64,000 bases of DNA from Azonexus sp. (GTDB taxonomy: Bacteria > Pseudomonadota > Gammaproteobacteria > Burkholderiales > Rhodocyclaceae), in contig JAVBRT010000032.1 of NCBI GenBank assembly GCA_031547725.1, positions 10,075 to 74,074 of the forward strand. Direction: 5' to 3'. The notes beneath the pieces are model-generated. The model had not been told where the DNA came from. It saw only the letters and a list, made by a program, of their open reading frames with translations, and searched no databases. The position numbers were made by a program, and so were the translations under genes. Every line of letters begins with the position of its first letter. The stretch's first letter is position 1. Positions 9,449 to 18,230 of this stretch are shown in pieces.

Positions 9449-10939
9449 ATGGACGACGATCTCTACCTCGGCCCGGCCTTGCGGGCACTGGAAAGCCGCC
9501 ATTGCGGCGAGCAATTGATGCACCGCGCCGGCCTGGCGGCGGCCGACTGGGCCGGCGAACTGGTGGCGCCGGGCGGCCTGCCGGTCCTCGTGGTCGCCGG
9601 CCCCGGCAACAACGGCGGCGATGCCCTGGTCGCCGCCCGCCTGTTGCGCGAGCGCTTCTTCGACGTAACGGTGGTTTTCGCCGGCGACGCCGACCGCCTG
9701 CCACCCGATGCCGCCGCAGCCTGGCGGGATTTCGCGGCCGCCGGCGGCAAAACCGGCGATGCGATTCCGACCGACCGCCATTGGTCGCTGGTCATCGACG
9801 GCCTCTTCGGCATCGGCCTCGGCCGCCCGCCGGCCGGCCGCCACGCCGAACTGATCGGCGCCATCAACGACATCGCCGGCCGCGACCGCTGCCCGGTGCT
9901 GGCCCTCGACTGCCCTTCCGGCCTCGACGCCGAGCGCGGCACGGTGCCGGGCCTCGCGGTCCGCGCCACGCACACGCTGACTTTCATCGCCCACAAGCCG
10001 GGCCTGCTCACCGCCGACGGTCCCGACCACTGCGGCCTGCTACGCCTTGCCCGGCTCGCGCTCGATCCGCCCGCCGAACTGCCGCCCGACGGCCGCCGCA
10101 TCGTTCCCGCCGCCTTCGCCGAACATCTCGTGCCGCGCCGGAAAAATACCCACAAGGGCAGTTTCGGCAGCGTCGGCGTGGTCGGCGGCGCCCCGTCCAT
10201 GGTCGGCGCCACCTTCCTGGCCGCCCGCGCCGCGCTCAAGCTCGGCGCCGGCCGCGTCTATGCCGGCCTGATCGATCCGCAGGCACCGAGCTTCGACCCG
10301 CTGCAACCGGAACTGATGCTGCGCCGGCCGCAAGCCCTGCTGCAGTCGTCCCTGGCGGCGCTGGCCTGCGGTCCGGGCCTCGGCATCTCGCTGGAAGCCT
10401 CGGAATTGCTGGAAACCGCCATCGCCCTCGACCAGCCGCTGCTGCTCGATGCCGACGCCCTCAACCTGGTGGCCAGCGAGGAAAATCTGCAACAGGCCCT
10501 GGCCCAACGCCGGGTACCGGCCATCCTCACCCCGCATCCGGCCGAGGCCGGGCGCCTGCTGGAAGTTGACGCCGCCGAGATCCAGGCCGACCGGGTCGGC
10601 GCCGCCCGCGAAATCGCCCACCGCTACCACAGCCATGTCGCGCTCAAGGGCTGCGGCACGGTGGTGGCGACGGCGGACCGGCAATGGTGGATCAACGCCA
10701 GCGGCAATCCCGGCATGGCCACGGCCGGCATGGGCGACGTGCTGAGCGGCCTGGTGCTGGCCCTGCTCGGCCAGCGCTGGCCGGCGCTGCCGGCGCTGCT
10801 GGCCGGCGTGCACCTGCACGGCGCCGCCGCCGACCGGCTGGTCGCCGCCGGGGTCGGGCCGGTCGGCCTGACCGCCGGCGAAGTCATCGACGCCGCCCGC
10901 GCCCTGTTCAACGACTGGCTACGCCAGGCCGCCCGCTGA
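9449..10939 (+). CDS. nnr: Bifunctional NAD(P)H-hydrate epimerase/dehydratase (NnrE-NnrD)
   Basis: GPGNNGGD, DGLFGIG and DCPSG (epimerase); HKGSFG, DADALN, TPHPAEA and GNPGMATAGMGDVLSG (dehydratase). Confidence 0.93.
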   Translation: MDDDLYLGPALRALESRHCGEQLMHRAGLAAADWAGELVAPGGLPVLVVAGPGNNGGDALVAARLLRERFFDVTVVFAGDADRLPPDAAAAWRDFAAAGGKTGDAIPTDRHWSLVIDGLFGIGLGRPPAGRHAELIGAINDIAGRDRCPVLALDCPSGLDAERGTVPGLAVRATHTLTFIAHKPGLLTADGPDHCGLLRLARLALDPPAELPPDGRRIVPAAFAEHLVPRRKNTHKGSFGSVGVVGGAPSMVGATFLAARAALKLGAGRVYAGLIDPQAPSFDPLQPELMLRRPQALLQSSLAALACGPGLGISLEASELLETAIALDQPLLLDADALNLVASEENLQQALAQRRVPAILTPHPAEAGRLLEVDAAEIQADRVGAAREIAHRYHSHVALKGCGTVVATADRQWWINASGNPGMATAGMGDVLSGLVLALLGQRWPALPALLAGVHLHGAAADRLVAAGVGPVGLTAGEVIDAARALFNDWLRQAAR

Positions 10940-11015
10940 TGCCGGCGGCGGCACGCCAGCACGCCGCCCCGGCGGTACAATTCGCCTCCTTCCCCGTCAG
11001 CCCGAACCGCATCCC

Positions 11016-11879
11016 ATGACCATCGATTTTCCCGTCCCGCTCGCTCCCGAAATCGCCCGCAACGTCGCCGCCGCCCTGGCAGAGGATCTCGGTGCCGGCG
11101 ACCTGACCGCCAGCCTGGTCGATGGCAACCGCCGGGTCCGGGCCACGGTCATTTCGCGCGAGCCGGGCGTACTCTGCGGCCGCGCCTGGTTCGACGAATG
11201 CGTGCATCGCCTCGACCCGCAGGCCCGCATCGACTGGCAAGCCGCCGACGGTGAGCGCATCGCCGCCAACCAGCAGTTGTGCAGTATCGAGGCCAATGCC
11301 CGCGCCCTGCTTTCAGCCGAGCGCAGCGCCCTGAACTTCCTGCAACTGCTGTCGGCGGTGGCCAGCAAGACACGCCTCTACGCCGACGCCATCGCCGGCA
11401 CCGGGGCGCAGGTGGTCGATACGCGCAAGACCCTGCCCGGCCTGCGCCTCGCCCAGAAATTCGCCGTCCGCTGCGGCGGCGGCGGCAACCACCGGCTGGC
11501 GCTGTGGGACGCCATCCTGATCAAGGAAAACCATATCCATGCCGCCGGCGGCATCGCCCCGGCGCTGGCGGCGGCCCGCCGCATCGCCGAACAGGCCGGC
11601 GAGCGCTGCCGCTTCATCCAGATCGAGGTCGAATCGCTGGCCGAACTCGACGCCGCGCTGGCGGCCGGCGCGACGATGATCCTGCTCGACAATTTCAACC
11701 TCGATGCGATGCGCGAGGCGGCCCGCCGCAATGCCGGCCGGGCCGTGCTCGAAGCTTCCGGCAACGTCACGCTGGAAAGCATCCGCGCCATCGCCGAAAC
11801 CGGCGTCGACCGCATCTCGGTCGGAGCGCTGACCAAGGACGTCAAGGCGCTCGACCTGTCGATGCGCTTCGTCGCCTGA
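11016..11879 (+). CDS. nadC: Nicotinate-nucleotide diphosphorylase (carboxylating)
   Basis: ALAEDLGAGDLT, ERSALN, DTRKTLPGLR, ILIKENH, LLDNF and DLSM motifs. Confidence 0.96.
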   Translation: MTIDFPVPLAPEIARNVAAALAEDLGAGDLTASLVDGNRRVRATVISREPGVLCGRAWFDECVHRLDPQARIDWQAADGERIAANQQLCSIEANARALLSAERSALNFLQLLSAVASKTRLYADAIAGTGAQVVDTRKTLPGLRLAQKFAVRCGGGGNHRLALWDAILIKENHIHAAGGIAPALAAARRIAEQAGERCRFIQIEVESLAELDAALAAGATMILLDNFNLDAMREAARRNAGRAVLEASGNVTLESIRAIAETGVDRISVGALTKDVKALDLSMRFVA

Positions 11880-11975
11880 GGAAAGGCCCGGAATAGCCGC
11901 TGCCGCTGGTGGCGCAACGGTTTTGGCGTCATAATTCCGGCAGCCAACCGATAACGATCGCCTCAGGGAGTCCCC

Positions 11976-12113
11976 ATGCTGTTCGCGCTGTTCTACGTGG
12001 TCGCCATCGCTATTCTGATCCTGCACTTCACCGGTTTCCTGGCCCGGCACAATCTGGAATGGCTGGTGCTGGTCCTCGCCGTCGCGGTTTTCCCGGCCGT
12101 CATCTATCTGTAA
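11976..12113 (+). CDS. Small two-TM membrane protein (45 aa; not in the ORF track)
   Basis: GGGAG RBS 5 nt before ATG 11976; MLFALFYVVAIAILILHFTGFLARHNLEWLVLVLAVAVFPAVIYL*; GC3-rich codons; followed by a hairpin terminator. Confidence 0.75.
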   Translation: MLFALFYVVAIAILILHFTGFLARHNLEWLVLVLAVAVFPAVIYL

Positions 12114-12118
12114 CGCCC

Positions 12119-12156
12119 AAAACACGACGGGCCGCCCTTGGGCGGCCCGTTTTCAT
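12119..12156. terminator. Probable intrinsic terminator between convergent genes
   Basis: Stem acgggccgccc-tt-gggcggcccgt (12127-12150), T-run on the right and A-run shortly to the left; between the small ORF and thrC. Confidence 0.8.
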
Positions 12157-12170
12157 TGCGGGGCTGCCGC

Positions 12171-13598
12171 TCAGGCCCGATCGGCGATGAAGCGCTTGAC
12201 CGCCTCGACATCCGGCGCCATGACCACGACCCGCTGCGGCAGTTGTTCGATGCCGGCGAGGTCGGCCGGACGCACCGGCTCGGTGCCCAGCGCCTCGCGG
12301 ATGGTTTCCTCGAACTTGGCCGGCTGGGCCGTTTCCAGCACGATCATCGGCACGCCCGGCAGGCGGTTTTCCAACGCCACCTTGAGACCGTCGGCGGTGT
12401 GGGTATCGAGCATCACGCCATAGCGCCCCTGGGCGAAACGGATGGTGTTGATGCGGTCGATGTGGGTACTCTTGCCGGAAACGAAGCCGAATTGCGGCAT
12501 CCGGGCCCAGTGCGGGGTGGCCGACAGGTCGAAGGCCTCGCCCTTGTCCACCTTGGCCCACAGGTCGCGGACCACCGCCGGGTCGCGGCCGACCAGATCG
12601 AAGACGAAGCGCTCGAAGTTCGACGCCTTGGAAATGTCCATCGACGGGCTGGAAGTAACGCTGGTCTCGACCGAGGTACGCGGCCGGTAGACGCCGGTGC
12701 GGAAGAACTCGTCGAGCACGTCGTTCTCGTTGGTGGCCAGCACCAGGCGGGCGATCGGCAGGCCCATTTGGCGGGCGATGTGGCCGGCGCAGATGTTGCC
12801 GAAATTGCCCGAGGGCACGGTGAAGGTGACCTGCTCGTCGTTCGTTTTCGTGGCCAGGAAATAGCCCTGGAAGTAATAGACGATCTGCGCCGCGACGCGC
12901 GCCCAGTTGATCGAATTGACGGCGCCGATCTTGTACTGCTTCTTGAAGGCGGCGTCGTTGGAAACCGCCTTCACGATGTCCTGGGCATCGTCGAACATGC
13001 CGGTGACGGCGATGTTGAAGATATTGGCATCCTGCAGCGAATACATCTGGGCGCGCTGGAAGGCACTCATCTTGCCGTCCGGCGAGAGCATGAAGACCTT
13101 GACGTTGTGCTTGCCGCGCATGGCGTACTCGGCCGCCGAGCCGGTGTCGCCGGAGGTGGCGCCGAGGATGTTGATCGACTCGCCGCGCTGGTCCAGCACG
13201 TACTCGAACAGGTTGCCGAGCAACTGCATCGCCATGTCCTTGAAGGCCAGGGTCGGGCCGTTCGACAGTTCCTGTGTGTACAGGCCGTCCTCCAGCCGGG
13301 TCAGCGGCGTGATCTGCGCCGCGTCGCCGCCGTTGCGGGCATGGCAATAGACGTCGGCAGTGTAGGTCTTGGCGACGATGGCCTTGAGATCGGCGGCCGG
13401 AATATCGTCGATGAACTTCGCCAGAATCGCGTAGGCCAACTCGGCATAGGACAACTGGCGCCAGGCGTCGAGCTCGGCCCGGCCGATCTGGGGATAGCTT
13501 TCCGGCAGGTAGAGGCCGCCATCCGGAGCCAGGCCGCCGAGAAGGATGTCGCAGAAAGCCTGGGGCGCGGCGTGGCCGCGGGTCGAGATGTAGCGCAT
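12171..13598 (-). CDS. thrC: Threonine synthase
   Basis: Starts MRYISTRG at 13598; GLAPDGGLY, GPTLAFKD (PLP Lys), ATSGDTGSAA, NSINWAR, VPSGNFGN, TSSPSMDISKASNFER. Confidence 0.96.
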   Translation of the reverse strand: MRYISTRGHAAPQAFCDILLGGLAPDGGLYLPESYPQIGRAELDAWRQLSYAELAYAILAKFIDDIPAADLKAIVAKTYTADVYCHARNGGDAAQITPLTRLEDGLYTQELSNGPTLAFKDMAMQLLGNLFEYVLDQRGESINILGATSGDTGSAAEYAMRGKHNVKVFMLSPDGKMSAFQRAQMYSLQDANIFNIAVTGMFDDAQDIVKAVSNDAAFKKQYKIGAVNSINWARVAAQIVYYFQGYFLATKTNDEQVTFTVPSGNFGNICAGHIARQMGLPIARLVLATNENDVLDEFFRTGVYRPRTSVETSVTSSPSMDISKASNFERFVFDLVGRDPAVVRDLWAKVDKGEAFDLSATPHWARMPQFGFVSGKSTHIDRINTIRFAQGRYGVMLDTHTADGLKVALENRLPGVPMIVLETAQPAKFEETIREALGTEPVRPADLAGIEQLPQRVVVMAPDVEAVKRFIADRA

Positions 13599-13630
13599 GG
13601 CGGAGCCCTGAAAAGCGAAAAGACGCGATT

Positions 13631-14755
13631 TTACCGCGTCGTGCGGCGGACGCGCATGGCTTGCAGCAGCGAGCCGGCAAACAGCAACAGGCCCGCCGCC
13701 GCCAAGACGACGGCGGCACGATCGAAGCCGGCCAACTCCAGCACTGCGGCGGTGAGGAACAGCACCGCCCGCCAGCCGCCGCCGGCCGCCAGCCGGCGGC
13801 GCATTTCCAGCCGGGATGGCAGCTGCGGCCCCGGCCAGCGCCAGACCGGCAGCAATTGACTGAGCGCGCCGCTGACCAGCGGCAGCAGGAAGCCGAACAG
13901 CCAGGCCAGCAGCGTCGGCCGCGCCGCCAGCAACCCGAGCCCATGCGCCAAACCGGCCGCCAGCGTCAGGGCCAGGCCCGCGCTGGCGGCCAGCAGGGAA
14001 GTCGTGACGCCATCGGCCAGCAGCAGCCGGAAACCGAAGCTGCGCCCCCATTGCAGCAGCAGGCCGAAGAGCACCGCCAGCAGCAGGCCGCTGCCGGCCG
14101 CAGCCAGCGTCCAGTGCCCGGCGCTGCCGCCGGCGATCAGCAGCACGCCGGTGAAAGCCAGCCACAGGCAGCGCCCGAGCCAGGCACCGGCGGCCGGATC
14201 GGGGCGGGCAAAGGCGGTCGGCAGCAGCACCGGCAAGGTGCCGAGCGCGGCCAGGCCGACCAGGCCCAGGGTATTGAGATGCAGGTGAATCAGGCGCAGC
14301 GCCGGCCATTGCCGCGGCCACACGGCCATGCTCAGAACGGCCGCCAGGGCCAGGATCAGGCAGGCCAGGGCTGCCGCGTACCAGCGCCAGCCGGGATGCG
14401 GCCGGCCGAGCGCGGCGCGGGCGCGGGCGGCGATCCAGATCAGCAGGCCAAGGGCCAGCAGCAGGTCGGACAAGGCGGCCGGATGCAGCACCCAGTAAGG
14501 TAGCAGCCCCTGCAGCGCGGCCACCGCCAGCAGGCCGGCAAGCTGGGCCGCGGTGGGCAACAGGCGCAGCCAGCGCCCGGGATTGCCGGTGCGCGTCAGC
14601 ACCGGCACGAAATGCAGCATCGCCGCGAAAATCAGCGGCACGATGCCGACGGCGAAAGCCAGGTGGGCCACCGCCACCGGTACCCCCTGGCCGGCCAGCG
14701 TCAGGGCGACGCTGGCGAACAGGGCGAGCAGGGTCAGGCTGGCGGTGGCAAGCAA
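13631..14755 (-). CDS. Polytopic membrane protein with His-bearing helices (NnrS-like, tentative)
   Basis: About 11-12 hydrophobic segments; AHLAFAVG, MLHFVPV, IHLHLNTLG; TTG start 3 nt after the DUF2249 gene. Confidence 0.65.
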   Translation of the reverse strand: MLATASLTLLALFASVALTLAGQGVPVAVAHLAFAVGIVPLIFAAMLHFVPVLTRTGNPGRWLRLLPTAAQLAGLLAVAALQGLLPYWVLHPAALSDLLLALGLLIWIAARARAALGRPHPGWRWYAAALACLILALAAVLSMAVWPRQWPALRLIHLHLNTLGLVGLAALGTLPVLLPTAFARPDPAAGAWLGRCLWLAFTGVLLIAGGSAGHWTLAAAGSGLLLAVLFGLLLQWGRSFGFRLLLADGVTTSLLAASAGLALTLAAGLAHGLGLLAARPTLLAWLFGFLLPLVSGALSQLLPVWRWPGPQLPSRLEMRRRLAAGGGWRAVLFLTAAVLELAGFDRAAVVLAAAGLLLFAGSLLQAMRVRRTTR

Positions 14756-14758
14756 GGC

Positions 14759-15013
14759 TCAGCCGACGACGGAAAAATCGATGACGATGGCGCCCGGCTC
14801 GCGCTGGCGGTACTCGATCGCCAGATGATCGCCGTAGCGCTGCTGCAGTTGGGCAAGCAGCGGCAGCGGGTCGTGGTCGTTGCAGAAGCGCATGGTTTCG
14901 CCCGGCTGCAGCGAATCGAGGGCGCCAAAAATGGCGGCGTGGCGGAAACGCTTGGCGACGCCGCGGGCGTCGAACGGGTACAGGGCTTCGGGGGTCGTGT
15001 GGTTGCAGGCCAT
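14759..15013 (-). CDS. DUF2249 domain protein
   Basis: FDARG...RHAAIFGALDSLQPGETMRFCNDHDPLPLL is the DUF2249 pattern; AGGAG RBS upstream. Confidence 0.85.
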   Translation of the reverse strand: MACNHTTPEALYPFDARGVAKRFRHAAIFGALDSLQPGETMRFCNDHDPLPLLAQLQQRYGDHLAIEYRQREPGAIVIDFSVVG

Positions 15014-15086
15014 CGGTTTTCTCCTAGAGGGGTTGCGCCAGAATTGCGGCGTTCGCGGATTCTGCCGAACGGCCCCCGGTGATTCC

Positions 15087-15100
15087 TTGATCGGTATCGT
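15087..15100. promoter_or_regulatory. FNR/DNR-like box (TTGAT-N4-ATCgt)
   Basis: ttgat cggt atcgt is an 8/10 match to TTGAT-N4-ATCAA, centred about 80 nt upstream of the DUF2249 start. Confidence 0.5.
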
Positions 15101-15120
15101 AATCCAGACAAATGCCGATG

Positions 15121-15145
15121 CAAAAACGGGGGCCGCAGCCCCCGT
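15121..15145 (-). terminator. Intrinsic terminator downstream of hom
   Basis: Perfect 8-bp stem acgggggc/gcccccgt with a 4-nt loop and a U-tract on the minus strand, just after the hom stop. Confidence 0.8.
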
Positions 15146-15168
15146 CGCTTGATTGCCGCCGGCGCTGC

Positions 15169-16479
15169 TTACTGCAACTCTTCCAGGCGAATGCGCTTGA
15201 CCTTGCCCTGCTGCGCGGCCAGCCCCTCGATCTTGCCGATCGCGGCATTGGCGGCGCTTTCCTTGCAGACGTGGGTCAGGATGATGATGTCGGTTTCGCC
15301 CTCGCCCTCCTCCGGCTCGCGCTGCAGCAGCGCGTCGATGGAAATGCCCTGATCGGCCAGGATGCGGGTGATGTCGGCCAGCACGCCCGGCTTATCCTCG
15401 ACGCGCAGGCGCAGGTAGTAGCCGGTCTCGATCTCGCTCATTGGCAGAATCGGCAGGTTGGACATGGCATCCGGCTGGAAAGCCAGGTGCGGCACGCGAT
15501 GCTCGGCATCGGCGGTGGCCAGGCGGGTGACGTCGACCAGGTCGGCGATCACCGCCGAAGCGGTCGGCTCGGCGCCGGCGCCCTTGCCGTAATAGAGCGT
15601 GGCGCCGACGGCGTCGCCCTTGACCAGCACGGCGTTCATCGCGCCCTCGACATTGGCGATCAGGCGCTTGGCCGGGATCAGCGTCGGATGCACGCGCAGC
15701 TCGACGCCCTCGTCGCGGCGCTTGGCGATGCCCAGGAGCTTGATGCGGTAGCCGAGTTGATCGGCGTACTTGATGTCGGCGGCTTCGAGTTGGGTGATGC
15801 CCTCGACGTAGGCCTTGTCGAACTGCACCGGGATACCGAAGGCGATGGCCGAGATGATGGTCGCCTTGTGCGCCGCGTCGAAGCCCTCGATGTCGAAGGT
15901 CGGATCGGCTTCGGCGTAGCCCAGGCGCTGAGCTTCCTTGAGCACGTCGGCGAAGGACAGGCCCTTGTCGCGCATTTCCGACAGGATGAAGTTGGTGGTG
16001 CCGTTGATGATGCCGGCCGCCCATTCGATGCGGTTGGCGGTCAAACCTTCGCGCAGCGCCTTGATGATCGGGATGCCGCCGGCGACGGCCGCCTCGAAGG
16101 CGACCATGACGCCCTTCTGCTGGGCGGCGGTGAAAATCTCGGTGCCATGCACGGCGAGCAGCGCCTTGTTGGCGGTCACGACATGCTTGCCGTTGGCGAT
16201 CGACTGCATGACGATTTCCTTGGCCACGCCGTAGCCGCCGATCAGTTCGACGATGATGTCGATCTCGGGATCGTTGACCAGGGAAAAGGCATCGTCGGTG
16301 ATGCGGGCCGCGCCGCCGGTGATCTGTTTGGCCAGCTCGACGTTCTTGTCGGCCACGGCGGTAATGCGAATCGGCCGGCCGGCGCGGCGGGTGATTTCCT
16401 CGGCATTGCGCTTGAGAACGTTCCAGGTGCCACCGCCGACGGTGCCGATGCCGATAAGGCCAACATTGATGGGTTTCAT
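15169..16479 (-). CDS. hom: Homoserine dehydrogenase (with ACT domain)
   Basis: GIGTVGGG, VVTANKAL, EAAVAGGIP, INGTTNFIL, GYAEADPTFD, GAGAEPTASAV; ACT motif DKPGVL. Confidence 0.97.
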   Translation of the reverse strand: MKPINVGLIGIGTVGGGTWNVLKRNAEEITRRAGRPIRITAVADKNVELAKQITGGAARITDDAFSLVNDPEIDIIVELIGGYGVAKEIVMQSIANGKHVVTANKALLAVHGTEIFTAAQQKGVMVAFEAAVAGGIPIIKALREGLTANRIEWAAGIINGTTNFILSEMRDKGLSFADVLKEAQRLGYAEADPTFDIEGFDAAHKATIISAIAFGIPVQFDKAYVEGITQLEAADIKYADQLGYRIKLLGIAKRRDEGVELRVHPTLIPAKRLIANVEGAMNAVLVKGDAVGATLYYGKGAGAEPTASAVIADLVDVTRLATADAEHRVPHLAFQPDAMSNLPILPMSEIETGYYLRLRVEDKPGVLADITRILADQGISIDALLQREPEEGEGETDIIILTHVCKESAANAAIGKIEGLAAQQGKVKRIRLEELQ

Positions 16480-16530
16480 TATTTTTTGGTCAAAAAGTAA
16501 GGAGTCGAGAACAAAAGGAAAGATGGGTCG

Positions 16531-17760
16531 TCAATTGGTGCCGTGCCGCTTGCGGTAGTTTTCCAGGAAGCGGGCAAGGCGGCCGATGGCTTCGCGCAGG
16601 TCGTCCTCGTGCGGCAGGAAAACCAGGCGGAAGTGGTCGGGATGCCCCCAGTTGAAGCCGGTCCCCTGGACCAGCAGCACCTTCTCCTCCTGCAGCAATT
16701 CGGAGATGAAGGCTTGGTCGTTCTTGATCGGGTAAATCTTCGGATCAAGCTTCGGGAACATGTACAGCGCGGCCTTGGGTTTGACGCAGGTGACGCCGGG
16801 AATGGCCGTGATCAGTTCGTATGCGATATCGCGCTGGCGGCGCAGGCGGCCGCCCTCGGCGATCAGGTCGTCGATGCTCTGGTAGCCGCCCAGCGCCGTC
16901 TGGATGCCGTGCTGTCCCGGCGCATTGGCGCACAGGCGCATCGAGGCCAGCATGTCGAGGCCCTCGATGTAGTCCTTGGCGTGGCGCTTCTCGCCGGACA
17001 CCACCAGCCAGCCGGCACGATAGCCGCAGGAACGGTAGTTTTTCGACAGACCGTTGAAGGTGATGGTCAGCACGTCTTCCGACAGCGCCGCGATCGAGGT
17101 GTGCTTGACGCCGTCGTACAGCACCTTGTCGTACACCTCGTCGGCGTAGATGATCAGGTGGTGCTGACGGGCGATCTCGACGATCTCGTGCAGCAGATCG
17201 TCCGGGTACAGCGCGCCGGTCGGGTTGTTCGGGTTGATGATGACGATGGCTCGCGTGTTCTTGTTGATCTTGCCGCGGATGTCGTTGAGGTCCGGCAGCC
17301 AGCCCTTCTCCTCGTCGCACAGGTAATGCACCGGCTTGCCGCCGGACAGGCTGATCGCCGCCGTCCACAACGGATAATCCGGCGCCGGCACCAGCACCTC
17401 GTCGCCGGCGTCGAGCAGCGCGTTCATGGCCATCACGATCAGCTCGGACACGCCGTTGCCGACGTAGATGTCCTCCAGCGTCACCCCCTTGATGTGCTTC
17501 TGCTGGGTGTAGTGCATGATCGCCTTGCGCGCCGCGAAAATGCCTTTCGAATCCGTGTAGCCGGCCGCGTTCGGCAGGTTGCGGATGATGTCCTGCTGGA
17601 TTTCCTCGGGCGAATCGAAGCCGAACGCGGCCAGGTTGCCGATGTTCAGCTTGATGATCTTGTGGCCCTCTTCCTCCATCTGCTTGGCCTTCTGCAGCAC
17701 CGGGCCGCGGATGTCGTAGCAGACGTTGGCAAGTTTGGCGGATTTCTTGACGTGTTTCAT
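16531..17760 (-). CDS. alaA: Alanine (glutamate-pyruvate) aminotransferase AlaA
   Basis: VCYDIRGPV, LNIGN, NPNNPTG, DEVYDK, NGLSKNYR (PLP Lys); the usual alaA-hom order. Confidence 0.92.
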   Translation of the reverse strand: MKHVKKSAKLANVCYDIRGPVLQKAKQMEEEGHKIIKLNIGNLAAFGFDSPEEIQQDIIRNLPNAAGYTDSKGIFAARKAIMHYTQQKHIKGVTLEDIYVGNGVSELIVMAMNALLDAGDEVLVPAPDYPLWTAAISLSGGKPVHYLCDEEKGWLPDLNDIRGKINKNTRAIVIINPNNPTGALYPDDLLHEIVEIARQHHLIIYADEVYDKVLYDGVKHTSIAALSEDVLTITFNGLSKNYRSCGYRAGWLVVSGEKRHAKDYIEGLDMLASMRLCANAPGQHGIQTALGGYQSIDDLIAEGGRLRRQRDIAYELITAIPGVTCVKPKAALYMFPKLDPKIYPIKNDQAFISELLQEEKVLLVQGTGFNWGHPDHFRLVFLPHEDDLREAIGRLARFLENYRKRHGTN

Positions 17761-17858
17761 GAAAGCGTTCCGTCTCGGCGCAATTCGGCCAAAGGTATAA
17801 TCCTACTTTAACGTATGGTGCACCGCAATTTCGGCGGGCCTTTTGGGACAATCGTTCA

Positions 17859-18230
17859 GTGAAACTCCACCCTTCCAACGCCGCCGGCCTCAACTTGTTC
17901 ACCGCCCATGGCGACGGCTATGTCGCCGTCAACCACGAACGGCACGAAAGCAACCTGATCCTGCTGCCGGAATCGATCATCGCCGGCTGGACCTCAGCCA
18001 CGGCCGCGACGCTGGTTGCCGAAGATCTGGAGCGACTGCTGGAACTCAAGGTCGGCATCGTCCTGCTCGGCACCGGCAGCCGCCTGCGTTTTCCGCCGGC
18101 GCCATGGCTCAAGCCCTTCGCCCAGGCCGGTATCGGCCTGGAAATCATGGATCTGCCGGCCGCTTGCCGGACCTACAACATTCTCGCCAGCGAAGGCCGC
18201 CAGGTGGCGGCGGCCCTGCTTTTCGACTGA
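17859..18230 (+). CDS. Mth938-like domain protein
   Basis: LLGTG and EIMDLPAACRTYNILASEGRQVAAAL motifs; GTG start; divergent from alaA. Confidence 0.9.
   Translation: MKLHPSNAAGLNLFTAHGDGYVAVNHERHESNLILLPESIIAGWTSATAATLVAEDLERLLELKVGIVLLGTGSRLRFPPAPWLKPFAQAGIGLEIMDLPAACRTYNILASEGRQVAAALLFD

Noticed and set aside
12171-14321. 716-aa version of thrC suggesting an N-terminal fusion
   Set aside because: The extension is an off-frame read of the upstream membrane gene; ThrC homology begins at MRYISTRG (13598).
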